Below, in pieces: positions 30,862-40,577 of a DNA stretch of 64,000 nt. Each line of letters begins with the position of its first letter. Within the stretch, counting starts at the first letter, position 1. The stretch spans positions 14,840 through 78,839 of the forward strand of contig JAEEKI010000023.1 in assembly GCA_016282375.1 (NCBI GenBank), in the 5' to 3' direction. A program made the position numbers and the translations under genes. The notes beneath the pieces were generated by a model. That model worked only from the letters and a program-made list of their open reading frames with translations, was not told where the DNA came from and did no database searches. The stretch is from Bacillales bacterium. GTDB lineage: Bacteria; Bacillota_I; Bacilli_A; RF39; UBA660.

Positions 30862-32391
30862 ATGAAAGACAAATTTTATATTAGTACAGCTATTGCTTAT
30901 ACTTCATCAAAACCACATATTGGTAATACATACGAGATTGTATTAGCAGATGCGATTGCTAGATATAAGAGGTTACAAGGTTATGATGTATATTTTCAAA
31001 CCGGTACAGATGAACATGGAGAAAAAATTGAATTAAAGGCCAAAGATGCGGGTATCTCACCACAAGAATATGTGGATAAGGTGGCTGGTCAAATTAAAGA
31101 TATCTGGGATATTATGAATACAAGCTATGATCGTTTTATCCGAACTACTGATCCTAAACATGAAAAGACAGTTCAAGATATTTTTAAAAAGTTATATGAT
31201 CAAGGTGATATTTATAAGGGAGAATATAAGGGATTATATTGTACCCCATGTGAATCGTTTTGGACAGAGAGTCAATTAGTTGATGGCAAATGTCCAGATT
31301 GTGGTAGAGAAGTTAAAGAAGCTACGGAAGAAGCATACTTTTTAAGAATCAGTAAATATTCTCAATGGTTAGAGGAATATATTGAATCACATCCTGGTTT
31401 TATTGAACCTGAATCTCGTAAAAATGAGATTGTAAATAATTTTATTAAACCAGGTCTACAAGATTTATGTGTCTCAAGAACCTCTTTTAAATGGGGAATA
31501 CCAGTTACTTTTGATCCAGATCATGTTGTATATGTTTGGATTGATGCTTTATCTAACTATATTACTTTCCTAGGTTACCATGTTAATGAGGAATCCGATG
31601 AGGAATTTAAGAAATATTGGCCTTGTGATATTCATTTAATTGGTAAGGATATTTTGCGTTTTCATGTTATTTATTGGCCAATTATGCTTCATTTGTTAGG
31701 AGTAGAATTGCCTCGTAAGGTATTTGGTCATCCATGGTTACTATTTGGTAATGATAAGATGAGTAAGAGCAAAGGAAATATCGCTTATGCTGACGATTTA
31801 GTTAATAGATACGGTGTTGATTCTATTCGTTTTTATATGTTACATGATATGCCTTTTTCCTCAGATGGAAATTATACGGAAGATTTATTAGTGGAAACAA
31901 TTAACAGTAATTTAGCTAATGTCTTAGGTAATCTAGTTAATCGTAGTATTGGTATGGCTAATAAGTATTTTGAAGGCATTGTAACTAATACAAATGTTAA
32001 TGAAAACATAGATAAAGAATTTATTGATTATGTTGTAGGTAAGAAGGCTATCGTTGATGAAAAAATAGATAGTTTAAGAATTGCTGATGCTCTTGAAGAA
32101 GTAATTGATTTGTTCAGAAGATGTAATAAATATATTGATGAAACAACTCCTTGGGTACTTGCTAAAGAGGGTAATAATGATCGTTTAAATACAGTTCTTT
32201 ATAATCTTGTTGAGTCTATTAGAATTGGTGCAGTATTATTACAAGCTTTCTTACCAGATACTTGTGAAAGTATTTTCTATCAAATAAACACGGATATTAC
32301 TAGTTTTGCTAGTATTAATGAATTTGGTCAATACAAATCTGGAACAAAGGTTAATGAAGCTAAGGTATTGTTCCAACGGATTGATAAATAA
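30862..32391 (+). CDS. metG: Methionyl-tRNA synthetase (short form without the C-terminal tRNA-binding domain)
   Basis: HIGH-type motif PHIGNTYE. KMSKS as DKMSKSKGN. Zinc knuckle CTPCESF...CPDCGRE. Confidence 0.95.
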   Translation: MKDKFYISTAIAYTSSKPHIGNTYEIVLADAIARYKRLQGYDVYFQTGTDEHGEKIELKAKDAGISPQEYVDKVAGQIKDIWDIMNTSYDRFIRTTDPKHEKTVQDIFKKLYDQGDIYKGEYKGLYCTPCESFWTESQLVDGKCPDCGREVKEATEEAYFLRISKYSQWLEEYIESHPGFIEPESRKNEIVNNFIKPGLQDLCVSRTSFKWGIPVTFDPDHVVYVWIDALSNYITFLGYHVNEESDEEFKKYWPCDIHLIGKDILRFHVIYWPIMLHLLGVELPRKVFGHPWLLFGNDKMSKSKGNIAYADDLVNRYGVDSIRFYMLHDMPFSSDGNYTEDLLVETINSNLANVLGNLVNRSIGMANKYFEGIVTNTNVNENIDKEFIDYVVGKKAIVDEKIDSLRIADALEEVIDLFRRCNKYIDETTPWVLAKEGNNDRLNTVLYNLVESIRIGAVLLQAFLPDTCESIFYQINTDITSFASINEFGQYKSGTKVNEAKVLFQRIDK

Positions 32392-32393
32392 CG

Positions 32394-33173
32394 ATGGATA
32401 AGTTAATGTATATTGACACACATTGCCATTTGTATAAAGAGTATTATGACAATCTTGAAGAAATAATAGACACTTGTCGAAGTAAAAAGATTAGTATCAT
32501 GATTGTTAACGGCTGTGATAAAAAAAGTAGTATTGAAACATTAGAATTAGCTAATAAATACCCTGAAATATATGCTGCGATTGGCTTTCATCCCACGGAA
32601 TTAGATTCTTTTAAAGATGGGGATATAGAGTGGTTAAAAACACATGTTATCAATTCTAAAGTAGTAGCCATTGGGGAAATTGGGTTAGATTATCATTATG
32701 ACAACACTGACAAAGAAAAAGAAATTGATATTTTTGAACAGCAATTAATATTAGCAGAAACAATTCATTTACCCGTTATTATTCATAGTCGTGATGCGAC
32801 TAAAGATACGATTGATATTTTAAAAAAATACCATGTACAAGGAATTATACATGGTTTTTCTGGTTCATTAGAAACAGCAAGAGAATTTATTAAATTAGGG
32901 TTTAAATTAGGAGTCAACGGGGTTGTTACTTTTAAAAATGCTCATCTTAAGGAAGTAATTAAAGAAATAGGTATCAAGCACATAGTATTAGAAACCGATA
33001 GTCCTTATTTAACTCCCCATCCTTATCGAGGAACCACTAATTATCCTTATAATGTCAGTCTTGTTGCGGATTTTTTAGCAAATTATTTAGCTATTCCTTT
33101 ACAAGAACTTTTAATGATAACTAATAAAAATGTCGAGGAAGTATTAGAAATTAATCTGGAGAATCATATTTAG
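32394..33173 (+). CDS. tatD: TatD-family metal-dependent DNase/hydrolase (YabD)
   Basis: MYIDTHCHL N-terminal metal-binding motif. 259 aa. Follows metG as in Bacillus. Confidence 0.9.
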   Translation: MDKLMYIDTHCHLYKEYYDNLEEIIDTCRSKKISIMIVNGCDKKSSIETLELANKYPEIYAAIGFHPTELDSFKDGDIEWLKTHVINSKVVAIGEIGLDYHYDNTDKEKEIDIFEQQLILAETIHLPVIIHSRDATKDTIDILKKYHVQGIIHGFSGSLETAREFIKLGFKLGVNGVVTFKNAHLKEVIKEIGIKHIVLETDSPYLTPHPYRGTTNYPYNVSLVADFLANYLAIPLQELLMITNKNVEEVLEINLENHI

Positions 33174-34503
33174 TAAATAATTCACTAATATAATAATGAT
33201 TATGGAACATTTTTATCATGGCATAATATCTTTCGTGCTCTCGCCAGCCAAAGTGAGTAGAACTATTACCCTCGGTTACGATTGTTACATTAGGGTATTT
33301 TTGCTTCAACTTTTTATAATCATTATAAGGAATACCTGTATTATTAATCCATAATCTTTCTAAAAGAGGAAAGTCGTTATCTAATAATACAGAGAAATCT
33401 TTAACATGATAATCATTACTTAAGTTTAAATCGACTAATTCAGTGTTATTTATTAAAGGTGATATATCAGATATTTTGGTAATAAATAATTCTAAATAAT
33501 GAAGGTGTTTTAAACTAGCAAGTGGAGAAATGTCTGAAATGGGATTATCGGCTATGATTAATAAACGCAAATCAGGCAAATATTTACCAATAGCAGTAAT
33601 ATCTGTAATATTTTGGTGTCCTAAATCTAGAGCTTGTAAATCAGTACAATACTTAAATATTTCTAAATCCTCAGAATTGATAGGAACGTAGTTGTAATTT
33701 GTTATTAAAACTGAAAAGGCAATTTGATCGGTTTTTAAAGACCATCTACGAAGGTGTAATCTCCAAACAATTTTGGTGTTAGGAAAATCATTGCGTAAAT
33801 TATAAAGGGTTTCGTTATCAAGATTGCAATCTGATAAATCTAAGTAGACTAAATTTGGTAGTAGTTTTAAGTCTTTTTTAAACTTTTCTAAATCCGTTAT
33901 TTGTGCGCCTGTTAAATCTAAACGGGTTTCTTTAGAATTGACGGTTTTATCATAGATATCTACATTCCAAACATAGTTAATGTATGGATACATACTTGTT
34001 AATACTAATTGAATATCTTTGTCATGAAAATTGTCAGGGAAAACCAATTCTTTTAACTCGGTGAAATTGGCAAGTTCATCAATAATGCTTTCCGTAACGT
34101 GATTTGTAAGTTCGATAAATTCAGCATCATCACGGTACGTTTCTCCTTGAAGAGTAGCAGTCGAGGCAATAGCAAAAAAGATATTTGGATATCTATCTTG
34201 TAATTCTTGTTTTTTTTCTATGCTAATTGTTTGATCATTAACAATTACTTTTTTAAGTCTTTTAAATTTACTTAAGCCATCTTCCCATGATCTATCTTCA
34301 TTAATTGGTAAATTTGATAAATCAAGAACTTCGATAAAATTGTTGTATCTATGGCCTAAGAAAGTAATATTACTAAAAAGAAGAATATAGAAAAATAATA
34401 TCGATAATGTTCCTATTAAGGTTAAGATAATTATTTTGATTATTCTATACATTTGTGACTGCTCCCTAGTATCAAGTATATCATAATAATAAATAATCAG
34501 CAT
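33151..34503 (-). CDS. Leucine-rich-repeat (internalin-like) membrane-anchored protein
   Basis: N-terminal TM helix. 22-residue LRRs, e.g. LDLGHQNITDITAIGKYLPDLRLLIIADNPISDISPLASLKHLHYLELFITKISDISPL. The true start may be the internal Met at 34452. Confidence 0.7.
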   Translation of the reverse strand: MLIIYYYDILDTREQSQMYRIIKIIILTLIGTLSILFFYILLFSNITFLGHRYNNFIEVLDLSNLPINEDRSWEDGLSKFKRLKKVIVNDQTISIEKKQELQDRYPNIFFAIASTATLQGETYRDDAEFIELTNHVTESIIDELANFTELKELVFPDNFHDKDIQLVLTSMYPYINYVWNVDIYDKTVNSKETRLDLTGAQITDLEKFKKDLKLLPNLVYLDLSDCNLDNETLYNLRNDFPNTKIVWRLHLRRWSLKTDQIAFSVLITNYNYVPINSEDLEIFKYCTDLQALDLGHQNITDITAIGKYLPDLRLLIIADNPISDISPLASLKHLHYLELFITKISDISPLINNTELVDLNLSNDYHVKDFSVLLDNDFPLLERLWINNTGIPYNDYKKLKQKYPNVTIVTEGNSSTHFGWREHERYYAMIKMFHNHYYISELFTKYDSPD

Positions 34504-34514
34504 ATTATTTATGG

Positions 34515-35288
34515 GTGATTTTTATGAATATTAATGTTGGGGATTATGTTACCAGAAAGTCCTATCATAATGATACTGTTTTCAAAGTTTTAAGTATCAC
34601 CGAAGACATGGTTTATTTAAAAGGTGTATATGTTAGACTGTGTGCTGATAGTCAAATTGATGATTTATCAAAGGTGGAATTAGACGAAGATGAATTTAAA
34701 GTAGATATCGCTTCGGAGGAAAATCGGAGTGATTATTTTTATTTGCCCGGGAAAATATTGCATATTGATGGTGATAGTGAATATTTAGAAAAATGTTTAA
34801 AATTTTATAAACAAATGGGAGTATATGCCGTTGGGAAAAAAATATCTGAAAATGAAATTGCAAATCAAATTATCTCATTGTTGCAAGATGTGCGACCAGA
34901 TATTGTCATTATAACGGGACATGATGCTTATTTAAAAAAGAAAGGAAATAAAGAAGATATTAATAATTATAAAAACTCTCGTAATTTTGTTAAAGCAGTT
35001 CGAGCCGCACGAAAGTATGAAAAAAGTCAAGAAAAACTGGTGATTATTGCGGGTGCTTGTCAAAGTGATTATGAAGAATTAATTAAAGCAGGGGCAAATT
35101 TTGCTTCAAGTCCTAAAAGAGTTAATATCCATGCTTTAGATCCTGCGATTATTGCCATCAGTATTGCAATGACTAAGCGTAATGAAGCGATAGATATTGT
35201 TAATATTTTAAACAAAACCAAATATGGTTCAGATGGACTAGGGGGTATTATTACTAACGGTCTAATGTATGTGGGGTTTCCTAGATGA
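34515..35288 (+). CDS. yabG: Sporulation-specific protease YabG (peptidase U57)
   Basis: N-terminus INVGDYVTRKSYHNDTVFKVLSI resembles B. subtilis YabG QIGDMVARKSYQMDVLFRII. Located upstream of veg as in Bacillus. Confidence 0.8.
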   Translation: MIFMNINVGDYVTRKSYHNDTVFKVLSITEDMVYLKGVYVRLCADSQIDDLSKVELDEDEFKVDIASEENRSDYFYLPGKILHIDGDSEYLEKCLKFYKQMGVYAVGKKISENEIANQIISLLQDVRPDIVIITGHDAYLKKKGNKEDINNYKNSRNFVKAVRAARKYEKSQEKLVIIAGACQSDYEELIKAGANFASSPKRVNIHALDPAIIAISIAMTKRNEAIDIVNILNKTKYGSDGLGGIITNGLMYVGFPR

Positions 35289-35497
35289 ATATTGATTTTA
35301 TTAAAAAGGACCTTAGTAGTAAACTAGGTAAAAAGGTTTTAATTACGGTATATGGTATGCGTAGTCGCGTTGATTATTATGAAGGAATTTTATATAAAAT
35401 ATATCCCAATATTTTTACTATTAAATATCAAGGCGAAGAAAAGAGTTTTACTTATCGAGACGTAATTACAAAAGATATAACAATTAAATATATCTAA
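35285..35497 (+). CDS. veg: Veg protein (biofilm formation stimulator)
   Basis: 70-aa protein with LGKKVLITVYGMRSRVDYYEGILYKIYPNIFTIKYQGEEKSFTYRDV, matching the Veg family pattern. yabG-veg synteny. Confidence 0.8.
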   Translation: MNIDFIKKDLSSKLGKKVLITVYGMRSRVDYYEGILYKIYPNIFTIKYQGEEKSFTYRDVITKDITIKYI

Positions 35498-35534
35498 TTA
35501 ATAGAATATGATATAATGATGCTAGGTGGTTTAG

Positions 35535-37121
35535 ATGAAAAAAGTAATTGTTTGGTTATTATGTTTATTTATTGTGTTGCTTGTTTATTATTTTCAATTG
35601 CCTCCGCTTAATTTATCTAGTCCTAACTTTTGGATATTTGCTTTTGATGTTATTTTTCTTAGTGTGTTGGCGATTATTTTTACAAGTGATAATCGAATTA
35701 TTATCAACAAAAGGTTTAATAATAGTTTATTTACTAAATATAAAATTATAGTAATTAGTATAACGACTTTATTTTGTTTATTGTTTTTGATTAATATTAT
35801 ATCTTTACCTATTTTTAACGCTAAAGAATATTCAAAGCGTATTGAAGTAACAGAGCATCAAGATTTTGTATCTGATGTTAAAGAAGTTGATTTTTCAAAG
35901 ACACCACTTTTGGACAAAGATAGTAGTCAAAAACTAGGTGATCGGAAGATGGGCGAATTTACATCCATGGTTAGTCAATTTTATGTTAGTAATTTATATA
36001 CTCAGATTAACTATAATAACCAAATTATTAGAGTTACACCATTAGAGTATGCTAATTTTATTAAATATTTAACTAATCGTAAATCCGGTATTGGAGGATA
36101 TATTTCTGTTAATTCCGTTGATGGAAGTGCTAGCCTTGTTAAGTTAGATAATGGTATGCGATATATGCCAAGTGCTTATTTTTTTGAAAATTTGTATCGT
36201 AAACTACGTTTTGATTATCCATTTACAATATTTGATAAACCTTCGTTTGAGGTTGATAATGAAGGTCGACCATACTGGATTATTCCTACGGTTAATTATA
36301 AGGCTGTTGGTTTAAAGAAAGAGATTAATGGGGCTGTTATTTTAGATCCTACGACGGGTGAGAGTCAGAAATACAAAGTGGAGGATATTCCAAGTTGGGT
36401 AGATCATGTTTATAGTGCTGAATTAATTATTGAACAAGTTAATGACTGGGGTAATTATAAGAATGGTTATTTAAATTCTATTTTTGGTCAAAAAGATGTT
36501 ATTAATACGACAGATGGCTATAACTATTTAGTCATGGATGATGATGTGTTCTTATATACAGGAATTACTTCCGTATCTACAGATGAATCGAATTTAGGCT
36601 TTATCTTAGTAAATATGAGGACTAAAGAGACCAAGTATTATTTATTGCCAGGTGCTGAAGAATATAGTGCTATGGCCTCAGCTGAAGGATTAGTTCAAGA
36701 AAAAAAATATGTAGCATCTTTTCCTTTGCTGATTAATTTAAGTGGTAAACCTACTTATTTGTTAAGTCTTAAGGACAATGCTGGTTTAGTTAAAATGTAT
36801 GCTTTTATTGATGTTAGCGATTATCAAAAAGTTGTTGTTAGTGATGCATCACTAGGTATTAATGCTGCGGCTGAAAAATATTTAAATGATGCTAATATAC
36901 AAACCAACAGTAATTTAGTGGAAAAAGATATTATGATTAAGAGTATTACGACTGCTGTTATTGATGGTACTACTTATTATTATTTTACTGATTATGAGGA
37001 TAATAAGTATAGTGCCTCTATTAAAATAGCTAAAGAAATACTACCTTTTTTAGAAGTTAATGATACTATAAATGTATCTTATAAAGAAGGTAAAATATTT
37101 CAAATTATTACCATAAATTAA
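35535..37121 (+). CDS. Hypothetical membrane protein (3 N-terminal TM helices plus a roughly 430-aa extracytoplasmic domain)
   Basis: Hydrophobic N-terminal segments. No recognisable catalytic motifs. Confidence 0.5.
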   Translation: MKKVIVWLLCLFIVLLVYYFQLPPLNLSSPNFWIFAFDVIFLSVLAIIFTSDNRIIINKRFNNSLFTKYKIIVISITTLFCLLFLINIISLPIFNAKEYSKRIEVTEHQDFVSDVKEVDFSKTPLLDKDSSQKLGDRKMGEFTSMVSQFYVSNLYTQINYNNQIIRVTPLEYANFIKYLTNRKSGIGGYISVNSVDGSASLVKLDNGMRYMPSAYFFENLYRKLRFDYPFTIFDKPSFEVDNEGRPYWIIPTVNYKAVGLKKEINGAVILDPTTGESQKYKVEDIPSWVDHVYSAELIIEQVNDWGNYKNGYLNSIFGQKDVINTTDGYNYLVMDDDVFLYTGITSVSTDESNLGFILVNMRTKETKYYLLPGAEEYSAMASAEGLVQEKKYVASFPLLINLSGKPTYLLSLKDNAGLVKMYAFIDVSDYQKVVVSDASLGINAAAEKYLNDANIQTNSNLVEKDIMIKSITTAVIDGTTYYYFTDYEDNKYSASIKIAKEILPFLEVNDTINVSYKEGKIFQIITIN

Positions 37122-37132
37122 AATAATACATA

Positions 37133-37161
37133 TTGCAAAAATAATAATAATTAGATAAAAT
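37133..37161 (+). promoter_or_regulatory. Sigma-A-type promoter TTGCAA-17-TAAAAT upstream of spoVG
   Basis: ttgcaa (37133-37138), a 17-nt spacer, then taaaat (37156-37161). RBS aaggagtgag precedes the ATG at 37193. Confidence 0.45.
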
Positions 37162-37192
37162 AATATTGTGAATACGGTAAAGGAGTGAGAAA

Positions 37193-37465
37193 ATGGAAAT
37201 TACATCTGTAAAAGTTCACAAGACTGAAAGAGAAGGTTCTCGGATGAAGGGATATGCAACAGTAACATTAGACGATTGTTTTGTTGTTAGAAATATCCGT
37301 ATTATTGAAGGAGATGAAAAGTTATTTATCGCAATGCCTAGTCGCAAAGTAGCTGATGATCGTTATGAAGACATCGCTCATCCTATCAATGCTGAGACTA
37401 GAAAGATGTTTGAAGATAAAATACTTGAAGAATATAAAAATCCGACTGAAACAGAAGAAGAATAA
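37193..37465 (+). CDS. spoVG: Septation protein SpoVG
   Basis: MEITSVKVHKTEREGSRMKGYATVTLDDCFVVRNIRIIEGDEKLFIAMPSRK is highly conserved in SpoVG. Confidence 0.95.
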   Translation: MEITSVKVHKTEREGSRMKGYATVTLDDCFVVRNIRIIEGDEKLFIAMPSRKVADDRYEDIAHPINAETRKMFEDKILEEYKNPTETEEE

Positions 37466-37470
37466 TCTTA

Positions 37471-37497
37471 AGGCACCGTTAGGTGTCTTTCTTTTTG
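37471..37497 (+). terminator. Rho-independent terminator after spoVG
   Basis: Stem ggcacc/ggtgtc (with a G-U pair), loop gtta, followed by TTTCTTTTT. Confidence 0.5.
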
Positions 37498-37509
37498 AGA
37501 TAAGGAGTT

Positions 37510-38052
37510 ATGATGCTATATAGATTTAGAGATTTGATAGATAAATATGGTAATGGTTATCAGATTAAAAAAAAGATGGCTTCAGGGCAAATAATTAAAC
37601 GAAATGATGGTTTGTATGCTGATAGTGATAATATATCTTTTACGGATGTGATTGTAAAAAAATATCCTAAGGCAGTTATTACGGGTTTAACGGCGTATTA
37701 TTGTTATAATTTATATGATATTAATCCTCCGGTTATTCATGTAGCATCGCAAAGAGATACTAGTAAGATAAGTAATCCTACCATTGTTCAACATTTTGTT
37801 GCAAAATCCATTTTTAAATTAGGTATTATCAATTTAAAAATCAATAATTCTGAAATTAAGATTTATGATAAAGAAAAATTATTAATAGAGTTAATCCGTA
37901 ATAAAGATAAATATTCGGAAAGTCAATTTTCGAATATTATTGATAATTACAAAGTTATAAAGGATACCTTAGATTTTCATAAAATAAATGATTATTTATC
38001 TTATTATCCTAATGGTAAACAATTAAGTATAGAATTAGAAAAATATGTTTAA
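37510..38052 (+). CDS. Hypothetical protein with an AbiEi-like (type IV TA antitoxin / transcriptional regulator) N-terminal motif
   Basis: GQIIKRNDGLYADSD resembles the G.i.r..rGvY motif of AbiEi_4. VITGLTAYYCYNL resembles the second AbiEi motif. No AbiEii nucleotidyltransferase partner is adjacent. Confidence 0.35.
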   Translation: MMLYRFRDLIDKYGNGYQIKKKMASGQIIKRNDGLYADSDNISFTDVIVKKYPKAVITGLTAYYCYNLYDINPPVIHVASQRDTSKISNPTIVQHFVAKSIFKLGIINLKINNSEIKIYDKEKLLIELIRNKDKYSESQFSNIIDNYKVIKDTLDFHKINDYLSYYPNGKQLSIELEKYV

Positions 38053-38095
38053 GACATATTTTTTTAATTTGGGAATATCTTTTAGGGGAGGATAT

Positions 38096-38377
38096 ATGAA
38101 TGAACAAGCACTAAGTGTTTCGCATGAAATAAAACTAATTGATCGAAGCATATTATCTATCACGGGAGTAACAAAGATTATTAGTTTTGATAGCAATGAA
38201 TTTATTATAGAAAGTAATATGGGGCCGATTCATATTATGGGAACTAATTTGGAATTATTATCTTTAGATACTCACGAAGGTCTAATTCGGATTAAAGGTA
38301 AAGTATCAAGTATAATTTATATGGATAAACAAATTAAAAAGAAAGATGAATCAATTATTGCTAAACTGTTTAAATGA
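38096..38377 (+). CDS. yabP: Sporulation protein YabP
   Basis: MNEQALSVSHEIKLIDRSILSITGVTKIISFDSNEFII matches the YabP family. RBS ggggagg precedes the ATG at 38096. Confidence 0.85.
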   Translation: MNEQALSVSHEIKLIDRSILSITGVTKIISFDSNEFIIESNMGPIHIMGTNLELLSLDTHEGLIRIKGKVSSIIYMDKQIKKKDESIIAKLFK

Positions 38378-38685
38378 AAATTGATATTCAGATAATAGCT
38401 TTATTATTCAATTTTCTTTATGGTGTAATCTTTTATTATGTGGTATTAATCAATTATCATTTTATTAAAAAGGAAGTTGTTTTGTTAAAAATAATAATAA
38501 CTTTACTATTTCTTTTTGATTTTACTTGTTTGTATCTCATTATGATGTACAAAATTAACTATGGTAGTTTTCATATTTATTATTTATTAATGTTTGTATT
38601 AGGGTATTTAAGTTCATTAAGTGTAAAAAATCGCGTAAAGAAGACACACATTTATCAAAAACTAATTGACACCTTTAAGAAGTAA
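38374..38685 (+). CDS. yabQ: Spore cortex biosynthesis membrane protein YabQ
   Basis: Small polytopic membrane protein immediately after yabP, with a 4-nt overlap. Confidence 0.7.
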   Translation: MKIDIQIIALLFNFLYGVIFYYVVLINYHFIKKEVVLLKIIITLLFLFDFTCLYLIMMYKINYGSFHIYYLLMFVLGYLSSLSVKNRVKKTHIYQKLIDTFKK

Positions 38686-39007
38686 TTATAAGATTATTGA
38701 GAATAGGGGTGCATTTAGTTTGGCCAGCAGAGGAAAAAAAGAAAGAAGAAGACTTTTTTTGATTTCCATAACAGTAATACTACTGTTAGTTTCTTTGTTT
38801 GGCAGTATGTATCATGATTTTATGCAAATAATTAATAATCATAAAGAAACTATTGCATTGACGGCTGAATATGAAAGACTTTTAGAAGAAGAGAAGGCAT
38901 TAACATCTGAAGTTACTAAAATGCAAGATCCTAATTATTTAGCTAGATATGCTAAAGAAAAGTATTTATATTCTGAGGATAATGAAATAATAATAAGAAT
39001 TGATTGA
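38666..39007 (+). CDS. divIC: Septum formation initiator DivIC/FtsB
   Basis: Single TM helix plus a coiled coil. C-terminal NYLARYAKEKYLYSEDNEII motif typical of FtsB/DivIC. yabP-yabQ-divIC order as in Bacillus. Confidence 0.8.
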   Translation: MTPLRSNYKIIENRGAFSLASRGKKERRRLFLISITVILLLVSLFGSMYHDFMQIINNHKETIALTAEYERLLEEEKALTSEVTKMQDPNYLARYAKEKYLYSEDNEIIIRID

Positions 39008-39091
39008 CAATTCTTATTTTTTTATTTTAAAAACATTGATTTTTAATAATAATGTGATAACATTAAGATAGAGAAGGTTGAGTGTGATGTT

Positions 39092-39898
39092 ATGAAAAAT
39101 GAAGTAGAAAAATTAAAAGATGACAAAAATATAATTTTGGTTGTAATTATATTTGTTTTAGTATCAATTATTTTAATGCTTACTGTGTATATTGTGTATG
39201 ATAAAGTTTATTTAAGAAACGCTACGCCTAAAGGTAGTGAATCGGGAAGTGGCAATAATACTATTTGGGTAGACAATACTTCTTCGAATACAATTCAAGT
39301 TTTAGATCTTCAAAGTAACTTTGTTCAAGAAATGTATGATGCGCTATCTTATGAAGATGCTACTATCCTATTTGCTGGTACTGATGTTTCTTCACTTCTT
39401 GCTCAAGGAAAAGTGTATAGTCTTTCTTTAAAAGAAATTAGTGACAGGAATATTTATCGACTTGTAACAAATCGAGTAAATGGAACGATTGTTTCTGAAG
39501 ATGAGGTTGGTACAAAGACAATTCAATACAAGGAGAGCGATTTACGTTATGTAATTAAAGATATTTTTGGTGACAGTAAATCTAATTCCTTTGATTTTAG
39601 CGCTCTTACATGGACTGGCCCAATGAGTTATGGTGAGAACAGAATTGAAAGTATTGACAAGGAAAAAGGCATTATTATTGCTAATCAAACTGTTGAAACT
39701 TCAGCAGTTATTAAACCACAAATTACTAGTAAGCTATTAAGAGCAGAACATAATATTGATGCCAAAGAGGCATATATTTATGAGGAAATAGTAGGTACTA
39801 TTGATGGTCGAATTGAATTCGTTTATAATGTAAAATTCATTTATGGTGAAGAAAATGGTGTTTACTATTTCAGAGGATTTCAAATAAAAAAAGTTTAG
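39092..39898 (+). CDS. Hypothetical single-pass membrane protein
   Basis: N-terminal TM anchor (IILVVIIFVLVSIILMLTVYIV). 268 aa. No recognisable motifs. Confidence 0.5.
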   Translation: MKNEVEKLKDDKNIILVVIIFVLVSIILMLTVYIVYDKVYLRNATPKGSESGSGNNTIWVDNTSSNTIQVLDLQSNFVQEMYDALSYEDATILFAGTDVSSLLAQGKVYSLSLKEISDRNIYRLVTNRVNGTIVSEDEVGTKTIQYKESDLRYVIKDIFGDSKSNSFDFSALTWTGPMSYGENRIESIDKEKGIIIANQTVETSAVIKPQITSKLLRAEHNIDAKEAYIYEEIVGTIDGRIEFVYNVKFIYGEENGVYYFRGFQIKKV

Positions 39899-39926
39899 AA
39901 CTGTTTTAACAGTTCTATTTTTTTAT
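39888..39926. terminator. Bidirectional terminator between the 39092 gene and clpP
   Basis: Stem agaactgt/acagttct with loop ttta, flanked by an A7 run upstream and a T7 run downstream. Confidence 0.55.
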
Positions 39927-40496
39927 AATTTCATCTATTAAGCCATAATCTAGTGCTTCTTTGGCTGTCATATAATTATCTTTTAGAGTATCTTTTTCGA
40001 TTTTATTTATTGTGTTTTTGGTGTTTTTAGCAAGAATCTTATTAATTCTTTGTTTTATTTTTAATATTTGATCACTAACAATTTTAATATCTGAGGCTTG
40101 ACCTTGAGCGCCACCAAGGGGCTCATGAATCATTATTTCACAGTTTGGTAAAGCATATCTTTTATTCCCTGATGATAGCAAAAAAGCGCCCATGCTAGCA
40201 CATAAACCAATTCCAATGGTATTAACGTCGCTTTTTACAAAATTGATTGTGTCGTAGATAGCCAGCCCAGCTGTAACGCTGCCCCCAGGACTATTAATAT
40301 ATAAATTAATATCGTCATTTGATTTGCTGTCTAAATATAATAACTCACCAATAATATTCGTGGCTAATTGATCATTAATTTCCCCGGTTAAGAAAACAAT
40401 TCTTTTGGTAAGAAGTAATGAATATAAATCAAATGTACATTCTTTACTATTTAGATCATCCATAATCATGGGAATAATGTTCATTTTGTTTATCAC
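39915..40496 (-). CDS. clpP: ATP-dependent Clp protease proteolytic subunit
   Basis: Catalytic Ser region GLCASMGAFLLSSG and MIHEPLGGAQGQASDI. Confidence 0.95.
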   Translation of the reverse strand: MINKMNIIPMIMDDLNSKECTFDLYSLLLTKRIVFLTGEINDQLATNIIGELLYLDSKSNDDINLYINSPGGSVTAGLAIYDTINFVKSDVNTIGIGLCASMGAFLLSSGNKRYALPNCEIMIHEPLGGAQGQASDIKIVSDQILKIKQRINKILAKNTKNTINKIEKDTLKDNYMTAKEALDYGLIDEIIKK

Positions 40497-40530
40497 CTAT
40501 AAATATAATAGATATCTTTTGTGTTTTTTA

Positions 40531-40559
40531 TTCATAAAAAGATTTATTTGTGATATAAT
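40531..40559 (+). promoter_or_regulatory. Promoter TTCATA-17-(TGa)TATAAT for the TGS/uridine-kinase gene
   Basis: ttcata (40531-40536), a 17-nt spacer, then an extended -10 tgatataat (40551-40559). Confidence 0.45.
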
Positions 40560-40577
40560 CTATGTAAGATAAGGGGA

